From: an uncultured bacterium
GTDB taxonomy: Bacteria; Gemmatimonadota; Gemmatimonadetes; Gemmatimonadales; Gemmatimonadaceae
Assembly (NCBI GenBank): GCA_963978095.1
Contig: CAXBQP010000003.1
Span: forward strand, 65,868 to 129,867
DNA: 64,000 bases
Reading direction: 5' to 3'
Positions 18,836 to 26,259 of this stretch are shown piece after piece. Both the position numbers and the translations under genes were made by a program. The notes beneath the pieces are model-generated. The model was given only the letters and a program-made list of their open reading frames with translations. It was not told the origin of the DNA and ran no database searches. Position 1 is the stretch's first letter, and the number at the start of each line of letters is the position of its first letter.

Positions 18836-19864
18836 TCATACCGCGATCCAGCGGTGGCGACCGTGGTTCGCCATGAAATCCATCGTGCGGGCGGTGAGCA
18901 GAACCATGAAGTCGGTGAGGAGTTGTCGTTCGCGGCCCACCGCACGCAGCTTGAGCTGTCGGCAGCGGCCAATCATGTCGCCGAGTACCACATCCAAGGT
19001 GAAAGGATACTCGCCGGTCCACTTGGAGACCACTCGGCGGATATCACTGCGGTGCCGCCGCAGAAAACTGGAGGCGGATTCACGATCGTGATAGCGCGGA
19101 GCGTTCGTGAAGAGACGGGTCAAGTCGTCGTCGTAAGTGTCGGGATATTCTTCCGAGTAGAGGGCGCGACGATAGGTGTAATGCTCGAACAGCGTGCGCG
19201 AGAGTGTGCGCAGTGCGTCCACATGTTCGCGCGCGCGCACCACCGGGACCGTGCCGGCGATGTCGGCCATGAGCGCGTCCACGTACTCGAGCTTCTTGAG
19301 CGCAGGCCATCCCGCATAACGTTTGCGCCAGTCCGAGCGCGGGCGCAGCCAGACGGCGAACGTTTCGGCGAAATCCTCATCCGGATGACTCTGCGCGTAC
19401 CATCGCCGGAGATGCTGCACGTACTTCTTGCTCGCGGGGTTGGGGCGATACGACTCCGGGTACTTGGTGGAGGAGCGGCCGAAGAGTCGCTGATACTCGC
19501 GGCGTCGGTGGAGTTGGAAGGCATGTTGCACCGCGTGTCCGCACTCGTGCCGCATGATCTGCATGCATTCGGCGTGCGTTCCGCCTTCGGCTTCGAGCAG
19601 TTGCTGGCGCTCGAGCTTCATGAGGCGCGGATGGCACAGGTAGAAAGGGACGGCGAACCCCGGGACGTGCGCCGGCGAGAACCATTCGTCGGAGATCCAG
19701 ATGTGCGGGTGCAGACGGATCTCGCGCGCGTCGAGTTCAGCGTAGAGTTCGTGCACGCACTGTTCGACCCAGGTGCCTTCAATGGTGACGCCGAGGTCGC
19801 GCAGCCGGAGCTGCATCAACCGTTCGGTAGACCAGGTGGACCAGGGGAATCGGCGGCCGGGCAC
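18836..19864 (-). CDS. Putative zinc-binding metallopeptidase (zincin-like)
   Basis: RHECGHA (HExxH) and YAQSHPDEDFAETFAVW. Start codon uncertain (GTG 19864). Confidence 0.88.
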   Translation of the reverse strand: MPGRRFPWSTWSTERLMQLRLRDLGVTIEGTWVEQCVHELYAELDAREIRLHPHIWISDEWFSPAHVPGFAVPFYLCHPRLMKLERQQLLEAEGGTHAECMQIMRHECGHAVQHAFQLHRRREYQRLFGRSSTKYPESYRPNPASKKYVQHLRRWYAQSHPDEDFAETFAVWLRPRSDWRKRYAGWPALKKLEYVDALMADIAGTVPVVRAREHVDALRTLSRTLFEHYTYRRALYSEEYPDTYDDDLTRLFTNAPRYHDRESASSFLRRHRSDIRRVVSKWTGEYPFTLDVVLGDMIGRCRQLKLRAVGRERQLLTDFMVLLTARTMDFMANHGRHRWIAV

Positions 19865-19971
19865 GGGGACCTCGCACGAACTTCGCGGGAACGGCGACAA
19901 GAGGGCGATGCGAGAGCATGGTGCCAATCGGGCTGAGTGGCAAGGGGTAAGTCCTGTCGCTAGGATACGAG

Positions 19972-21282
19972 ATGCCCGACGACGCCATGAGATCCGCCCC
20001 GAATCCGTACGCGGCGCTCGGAATCCCGAACTTCCGTCGGTATATCGTGGGGTTGCTCGCCTTCACGATGGCGATCCAGATCCAAGGGACGGTGGTGGGC
20101 TGGCAGATCTATGAGCTGACGCACGACAAACTGGCGTTGGGGCTGATCGGATTGGCCGAGGCGATTCCTTTCATCGGGATGTCGCTCTATGCGGGGCATG
20201 TGGCGGACAAGCACGACCGACGTCGGATCGCCCTCACGGCCCTTGTAGTGCTGACGGCCTGTTCCGCTGCGCTGCTCCTGTTGCCGCTCTTCCTGTCACA
20301 CGCCCCGCAGACGGTGACGCGCGCGATTTACGCGGTCATTGTCACGAGCGGATTCGCGCGCGCCTTCTTGCAGCCGGCGCGGCAGGCCCTGGGGGCGGAG
20401 ATCGTGCCGCGTGCCCTGTACGCGAACGCCGTGACCTGGCGCAGCGGATCCTGGCAGCTGGCCTCGGTGCTTGGCCCGGCATTGGGTGGCGTCCTGTATG
20501 CGACCGGCGGCACGTCGCTGGCGTATTCCGTGGATGTTGCGCTGACGGTGGTCGGGTTCGCGTTCATTTGGCTCGTCCGGCACCGGTCGGTGCTGGAGGC
20601 GCATCATACGGAAGAGGTCGCGGAGAGTCTCAAGGCGGGGGTGCGCTTCGTGTTCAAGGAGCGGATCCTGCTCGGCGCGTTGACGCTCGATCTGTTTTCG
20701 GTGCTGTTCGGCGGGGCGGTGGCACTGCTGCCGGTGTTCGCGGCGGAGATCCTGCATGTCGGGCCGCGCGGACTCGGCCTGTTGCGGGCCGCGCCGAGCA
20801 TCGGGGCGGTGGCGATGAGTTTCGCGCTGGCGCATCGGAAGCCGATGGAGCGGGCGGGGCGGACCCTGTTCGGCGTGGTGGCGCTCTTTGGGGTGTGCAT
20901 GATTCTGTTCGGGGCGAGTACGAGCTTCCCGCTGAGTGTGGCAGTGTTGGTGGTCAGTGGCGCCGCCGATATGGTGAGCGTGTTCATCCGGTCGACGCTG
21001 ATCCAGACGGTGACCCCCGTGCATATGATGGGGAGGGTGAGTGCGGTGAACTCGGTGTTCATCGGGTCCTCCAATGAGATTGGCATGTTCGAGTCCGGGG
21101 TGACGGCGCAGTGGTGGGGAACTGTGCCGAGCGTGGTGTTGGGGGGTGTGGCGACGCTTGGTGTGGTGGCGTTCACCGCCTGGCGACTTCCGTCATTGCG
21201 CCAACTGGGACGCATGGACGCGCTACGTCCCTCGAGCCTTGGGACGACAGGGTCGGCACCCCAGCGTACGACTGGGGTATAG
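19972..21282 (+). CDS. MFS transporter (MFS_3/EntS-like)
   Basis: AGHVADKHDRRR motif A, about 12 TM helices, LDLFSVLFGG and MGRV. Confidence 0.92.
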   Translation: MPDDAMRSAPNPYAALGIPNFRRYIVGLLAFTMAIQIQGTVVGWQIYELTHDKLALGLIGLAEAIPFIGMSLYAGHVADKHDRRRIALTALVVLTACSAALLLLPLFLSHAPQTVTRAIYAVIVTSGFARAFLQPARQALGAEIVPRALYANAVTWRSGSWQLASVLGPALGGVLYATGGTSLAYSVDVALTVVGFAFIWLVRHRSVLEAHHTEEVAESLKAGVRFVFKERILLGALTLDLFSVLFGGAVALLPVFAAEILHVGPRGLGLLRAAPSIGAVAMSFALAHRKPMERAGRTLFGVVALFGVCMILFGASTSFPLSVAVLVVSGAADMVSVFIRSTLIQTVTPVHMMGRVSAVNSVFIGSSNEIGMFESGVTAQWWGTVPSVVLGGVATLGVVAFTAWRLPSLRQLGRMDALRPSSLGTTGSAPQRTTGV

Positions 21283-21328
21283 CCCGGCGGGAGCGCACCG
21301 CGGCTCAGACCGTGCGATATTTCAGACT

Positions 21329-22141
21329 ATGATGACACCACAGTTTCTGACCGTGCGGCGCCGAATCGTCGCCGTCCTCCTGTTGCTCTCGACGGTGCCG
21401 GGGATGGCGATCGCCCAGCGCAAGGCGAACGCGCCGCGCGGGGCGGATGCGCCAAGCACGCCGATGCGCGGGGTGATTGACGGCTTTGTCTCGGACACGA
21501 ATCTCGTCCCATTGGCGGGGGCGGAGATCTCGGTGTTGCGGACACCGACCAAGATCCTGACGAACGCCGGTGGCCGTTTCCGGTTCATCGACGTGGCACC
21601 GGGTCCGTACTTGTTGATTGTGAAGCGGTTAGGGTATCGCCCGACCTCGGCGGTGATCGATGTGCCGTCTGGGGACACGGTGCGGCTGAGCTACACGCTC
21701 GAGCGCGCGGCGCAGGGGTTGGCGGCGGTGCAGATCACGGAGAAGAAGCAGTCACTGCGGATGCTCGAATTCGAGCAGCGCAAGAAGCTCGCGCAGGGGG
21801 AGTTCTTCACCGCTGAGGACTTCGAGAAGCGCGTCGCGCTGACGTTGCCGGATGTGCTGCGGTTCTCGAAGACGATGTCGCTGACGCCAGACAATACCAA
21901 CAACGGGAACCTGGTGGCGCTGTCGAACCGCGAAGGGGGAGGGATCGGCGGATATTGCCCGATGCAGTTCCTGCTCGACGGGATCCCGCTGCCGGCGGGG
22001 TTCCCGATGAGCATCCTCCCGGCGCCGCGTGATGTGGCGGGGGTGGAGATCTACAGCGGGCCTTCGAGCGTGCCGTTGCAGTTCGGGGGAGCGGACCGGC
22101 GGTGCGGGATGGTGTTGGTGTGGACGAAGGACGGGTATTGA
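21329..22141 (+). CDS. Exported carboxypeptidase-regulatory-like plus TonB plug-like protein, no barrel
   Basis: Signal peptide; G.V.D..L.PL.GA, TN..GRF.F, RLGY.P; C-terminal VAGVEIY...CGMVLVWTK. Paralogue of 15342-16694. Confidence 0.82.
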   Translation: MMTPQFLTVRRRIVAVLLLLSTVPGMAIAQRKANAPRGADAPSTPMRGVIDGFVSDTNLVPLAGAEISVLRTPTKILTNAGGRFRFIDVAPGPYLLIVKRLGYRPTSAVIDVPSGDTVRLSYTLERAAQGLAAVQITEKKQSLRMLEFEQRKKLAQGEFFTAEDFEKRVALTLPDVLRFSKTMSLTPDNTNNGNLVALSNREGGGIGGYCPMQFLLDGIPLPAGFPMSILPAPRDVAGVEIYSGPSSVPLQFGGADRRCGMVLVWTKDGY

Positions 22142-22170
22142 GGTCAGCGTCTTGTCCTCCACGGAACAGC

Positions 22171-22201
22171 AAGGGCCGATCGCTTCTGCGATCGGCCCTT
22201 T
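22171..22201 (+). terminator. Intrinsic terminator
   Basis: AAGGGCCGATCGC-TTCT-GCGATCGGCCCTTT, 30 nt after the stop codon. Confidence 0.8.
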
Positions 22202-22278
22202 CGACTTGCGGGAGATCCCGCGCTTCGCACTGCGAATCGGGACCTGTGTCCTGCTCCTTGCCAAGGAGCCGTAGACGA

Positions 22279-22680
22279 CTACTGCAATCGAAACAGCGTG
22301 ATGACGTACCCCAGGTTGCTGTCACCCTTGAACGTCAACTGTGCATTCAAGCGCTGGCCCTTTGGTAACGCATTGTACTGGGCTTCAGCGATGAAGAAAC
22401 ACTTCGTGAAATTCATATCAGCGGGAAATGCCACCTTCACGCTCTTGAACCCACGGGGTGGAAGACACCGGATATCTGACGCACTGGTACTGATCGCACC
22501 AGGAGCCCCTGGCGAACCAGGAACGGGCGCACCGCTACCAGAGGAACTGACCGCACCAGACGGAAGGGCGGTGGACGCCGCCGTGAGATCGATCTTCACA
22601 CCCGAGAGGTGAACATGCCAATGTCTGGCGAAAACGTACGAACGTGAACTGGGCGCCGCGATGCGCTGATTCACCGTCAC
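22279..22680 (-). CDS. Hypothetical protein with lower GC (ORFan or gene remnant)
   Basis: 133-codon ORF filling the gap after tkt; protein-like composition with a Ser/Gly/Pro linker; no recognisable family. Confidence 0.4.
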   Translation of the reverse strand: MTVNQRIAAPSSRSYVFARHWHVHLSGVKIDLTAASTALPSGAVSSSGSGAPVPGSPGAPGAISTSASDIRCLPPRGFKSVKVAFPADMNFTKCFFIAEAQYNALPKGQRLNAQLTFKGDSNLGYVITLFRLQ

Positions 22681-22698
22681 CCATTCACCGATGCGTTG

Positions 22699-24711
22699 CT
22701 ACCCCGCAATCACCCGCTTCACCGTCTCAACCAACCGCTCCGCCGTGATCCCGTACTCCTGATACAACTTCTGGTACGGCGCCGAAGCCCCGAACGTCTC
22801 GATTCCGAGCACCGCACCGGAATCCCCGACCCACCGATACCACGGCATCGGGTGCGCGGCCTCGATCGCCACCCGCTTCACCCCCTCCGGCAGCACGCCC
22901 GCCTGGTATTCGGCGCTCTGCATCGCGAACAGCTCGAGCGACGGCACACTCACCACGCGTACCCCCACCCGCTCCGCGGCGAGCAGATCGCGCGCCTTGA
23001 GGGCGAGCTCCACTTCCGAGCCCGTCGCGAGGATCACCGCACGCGGCGGACCGCTCGGCGAATCGGCCAACACATACGCGCCGTTCGAGGCACCACGTGC
23101 GGCGCCGAACTTCGTGCGGTCGATCAGTGGGAGTTTCTGACGCGTGAGTACGATGGCCGTGGGGCCGGTGCGATGCGCGAGCGCGGTGCGCCACGCTTCG
23201 CTCGTTTCGTTGGCGTCCGCGGGGCGGAGCACCAGGAGATTCGGGATGCATCGCAAGCTCGCGAGATGCTCGACCGGCTGATGCGTTGGGCCATCCTCGC
23301 CGAGTCCGATGGAGTCGTGCGTGAACACATAGATCACCTGTTGTTTCATGAGCGCCGCCAAGCGGATGGCGGGGCGCATGTAGTCGGCGAACACCAGAAA
23401 GGTGCCGCCGAAGGGGATGACGCCGCCGTGCAGCGCCATGCCGTTCATCACGGCGCCCATGCCGTGCTCGCGGATGCCGTAGTTGATGTTGCGGCCACCC
23501 GGCGTCGCGACCTGCACGGCGCTCGAACCCTTGATCGTCGTCACGTTCGAGCCCGCGAGGTCGGCGGAGCCACCGATCATCTCGGGGATCTTCGGCGCGA
23601 GGGCGTTGATCACGGCGCCGCTCGCGGCGCGCGACGCGATGTTGCCGTTGCTCGCGTCGAACACAGGCAGCGCGCTCTCCCAACCGGACGGGAGATCGCC
23701 ATGCATGCGGCGCCCGAACTCCTTGGCGTCATCCGGATTTGCCTTGCTGTACGCGATCAGTTGCTTGCGCCACGCGTCCTGCGCGGCGGCACCCTTGGGG
23801 CCGATCTCGCGCCAGTGCGCGAGCGCTTCGGCCGGCACGGCGAACGGTTCAGTGGGGCTCCACCCGAGCACGGCCTTCGTGAGTGCGATCTCGTCCGTGC
23901 CAAGCGGTTCGCCATGCGCCTTGGAGAGCCCCGCACGGTTCGGGCTGCCGTAGCCGATCACCGTCTTGGTGATGATGAGCGTCGGGCGCTCGGAGTCGGC
24001 CTTGGCGGAAGCGACTGCAGCATCGATCTGCGCCAGATCGTTCACATCGGCGATGTGCAATACCTGCCAGCCGTACGACTCGAAGCGCTTGGCGGTGTCA
24101 TCCGAGCAGGAGATGTTCGCCGGGCCGTCGATGGTGATACTGTTGTCGTCGAAGAAGCCGATCAGTTTGCCGAGCTTTTGCTGACCGGCGAACGACGCGG
24201 CCTCGTGCGAGATCCCTTCCATCAGGCAGCCGTCCCCCGCGATGAACCAAGTGTAGTGGTCCACGATCGCGTGCGATTCCTTGTTGAAGGTCGTAGCGAG
24301 ATGGCGTTCGGCGAGGGCGAGACCGACCGCATTCGCGACCCCTTGGCCGAGCGGGCCGGTGGTCGTTTCCACACCGGCGGTGTGACCGACTTCAGGATGC
24401 CCCGGCGTCTTGCTCCCCCACTGCCGGAAGTTCTTGATGTCGTCGAGCGAGAGGTCGTAGCCGCTCAGGTAGAGCGTCGAGTAGAGGAACATCGACGCAT
24501 GGCCGACGCTGAGCACGAAGCGATCACGATCGGGCCAGTGCGGATCGGCCGGATTGTGCTTGAGATGCTTGTGGTAGAGCGCATACGCCAGGGGCGCGAG
24601 TGCCATCGGCGTGCCGGGGTGTCCGGAGTCGGCCGCTTGGACGGCATCCATCGACAGCGTGCGAACGGTGTTGATGGCGAGTGTCTGGAGTTCGGCGTCG
24701 GACAGGGGCAC
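22699..24711 (-). CDS. tkt: Transketolase
   Basis: SGHPG, RDRFVLS.GH, TTGPLGQG, GDGCLMEG, GIREHGM and THDSIGLGEDGPTHQP. GTG start with RBS GAGGA. Confidence 0.97.
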   Translation of the reverse strand: MPLSDAELQTLAINTVRTLSMDAVQAADSGHPGTPMALAPLAYALYHKHLKHNPADPHWPDRDRFVLSVGHASMFLYSTLYLSGYDLSLDDIKNFRQWGSKTPGHPEVGHTAGVETTTGPLGQGVANAVGLALAERHLATTFNKESHAIVDHYTWFIAGDGCLMEGISHEAASFAGQQKLGKLIGFFDDNSITIDGPANISCSDDTAKRFESYGWQVLHIADVNDLAQIDAAVASAKADSERPTLIITKTVIGYGSPNRAGLSKAHGEPLGTDEIALTKAVLGWSPTEPFAVPAEALAHWREIGPKGAAAQDAWRKQLIAYSKANPDDAKEFGRRMHGDLPSGWESALPVFDASNGNIASRAASGAVINALAPKIPEMIGGSADLAGSNVTTIKGSSAVQVATPGGRNINYGIREHGMGAVMNGMALHGGVIPFGGTFLVFADYMRPAIRLAALMKQQVIYVFTHDSIGLGEDGPTHQPVEHLASLRCIPNLLVLRPADANETSEAWRTALAHRTGPTAIVLTRQKLPLIDRTKFGAARGASNGAYVLADSPSGPPRAVILATGSEVELALKARDLLAAERVGVRVVSVPSLELFAMQSAEYQAGVLPEGVKRVAIEAAHPMPWYRWVGDSGAVLGIETFGASAPYQKLYQEYGITAERLVETVKRVIAG

Positions 24712-24814
24712 GGCACGATCCTCGGGCAAGGGGCGAGAGGGCGCAGCAGTGTGCGCTCGCTCGAAAGTTAGCCCAAGAGCAAGGCCGACGAAATCCGCGA
24801 CGGGAGGTCGTGAC

Positions 24815-25234
24815 TCAGCCCGGGAGATCCGGGAAATAGGTGGGAACGCGCTGTGCACAGGCCACGAGTGCCTTGGCGGCGGCCGCGTTCCCCAACAATC
24901 GGGGGAGCGATCCCGTGAACGACACGCGGCGCTGCATGACGGCGCTCAGTGCGTCGAGTTTGCCCTCGGCAAGTGCTTTCCAGGTCGGGTAGTCTGCGCG
25001 GAATACGAAGGGCGCGGTTATCTCCGAGGCGGCAATGATGCGCGCTTGGGTGCAGCGGCCGGCATCGAGCGTGAGCTGCACCGCCACTTCCTGTGTGAAG
25101 CCGAGCGCAGGCGTTGGAGTGAGCGCGAACGCGGCCGGCCACTTCCACGCGGAGCCGGTACTGTTGAATGTCGCGTCACTGTCAATTGCATGACGGAGCG
25201 CATCGGCCCATTCGGCGGTGAAGAGATGATACAT
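24815..25234 (-). CDS. SCP2 sterol/lipid-binding domain protein
   Basis: F..EW....AI; ADY.TW...G.LD...A.M.R...F.G.L SCP2 pattern. TGATG overlap with the upstream gene. Confidence 0.8.
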   Translation of the reverse strand: MYHLFTAEWADALRHAIDSDATFNSTGSAWKWPAAFALTPTPALGFTQEVAVQLTLDAGRCTQARIIAASEITAPFVFRADYPTWKALAEGKLDALSAVMQRRVSFTGSLPRLLGNAAAAKALVACAQRVPTYFPDLPG

Positions 25235-26259
25235 CACGTGCGTTTGTTCCCCGCCTGTGCATGGAGTCGTCCGTGCTGTTGGTTGCGAAGCACCTTGAGC
25301 ACACTGCCGCCAGCGGCGAGCGCGCCGAGCACGATGTACAGATAGAAAGTGTAGAAGCGCCACCAGACGAGCGCACCACCGACCTGGGACGGCGTCATGA
25401 CGCCGGAGAACGCCCAACTGAACGAGGCTTCCACGGCGCCCCCGCCCCCGGGGGCCGGTGCGACCGCGCCTCCGTAGAGGAAGACCAGAGGCCAGAGCAC
25501 CAACTGGGCGAGCGGCAGGTGGGGATCCATCGCGAGTGCGACGATCGGCAGTACCGCGAGCCGGAGCGAGACATGCACCATCGAGGAAAGCGCGGCGGCG
25601 AAGAGCATGCCGAATCTCGCGTGCTTGAGGGCGTCGATGCCGGCGCGGAGGGAGCGCAGCGACTTCTGAATGGTGCGCCAGCGGCCTGCGTGCAGGCCGA
25701 TGGCGGCGGCCCACGCGGGTGGCGGTCCGTGGGCGTTCCGCTTGGCGAGAAAGAGTCCGATGGCGCCGACCGAGAGGACTACCGCCGCGTAGCCACCGAC
25801 CATGACAGTCATCAACTGTATCACGCGTCCGCTGCCGTGGAATGCAACAGCGAGAATCACGCAGAGCACCGCGAGTGACGACATCTCGAGGAACAGCTCC
25901 GTGAAGAGCAGGAGCACATTATTGGCGGCGCTTACCCCTGCTTCCGCCAGCACAAGAAATCGTGCGGGCTCGGCGCCGGAGCGTGCCGGCGTCACCGACG
26001 CCGCGAAATCTCCGCCGAGGCACACACGCATCGATGTCCAGAACCTGAGCGGGATGCGGAGGGCACCGGCGCTCCACTGCAGCTTGATGGTGCGCGTCAC
26101 GACCTCCGCGAGTACGGCGGCGAACGCGATGGCATGCACCGTCAGTGGAATCGCGGGCGGGGCTCCGCCCTGGGCCCATCCCTTCCACACGATGTACACC
26201 GACGCGCCGATGGTGGCGGCGAACGATGCGATCAGGATGAGCCAACGACGGAGACTCAA
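25234..26259 (-). CDS. Lysylphosphatidylglycerol-synthase TM (flippase-like, UPF0104) protein
   Basis: VTP.RSG.EP, P.PGG.G..E and WRFYTFY motifs; multiple TM helices. Confidence 0.88.
   Translation of the reverse strand: MSLRRWLILIASFAATIGASVYIVWKGWAQGGAPPAIPLTVHAIAFAAVLAEVVTRTIKLQWSAGALRIPLRFWTSMRVCLGGDFAASVTPARSGAEPARFLVLAEAGVSAANNVLLLFTELFLEMSSLAVLCVILAVAFHGSGRVIQLMTVMVGGYAAVVLSVGAIGLFLAKRNAHGPPPAWAAAIGLHAGRWRTIQKSLRSLRAGIDALKHARFGMLFAAALSSMVHVSLRLAVLPIVALAMDPHLPLAQLVLWPLVFLYGGAVAPAPGGGGAVEASFSWAFSGVMTPSQVGGALVWWRFYTFYLYIVLGALAAGGSVLKVLRNQQHGRLHAQAGNKRT

Noticed and set aside
22212..22244. GAGATCCCGCGCTTCGC...TCGGGAC, resembling a REP element
   Set aside because: Single degenerate copy in the window; a repeat family cannot be supported.
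22696..24771. Long antisense ORFs (691 aa here; also 29755-32532, 6322-8052, 58587-60134 and others)
   Set aside because: Shadow frames of well-supported high-GC genes; Arg/His/Ala-rich with no recognisable motifs.
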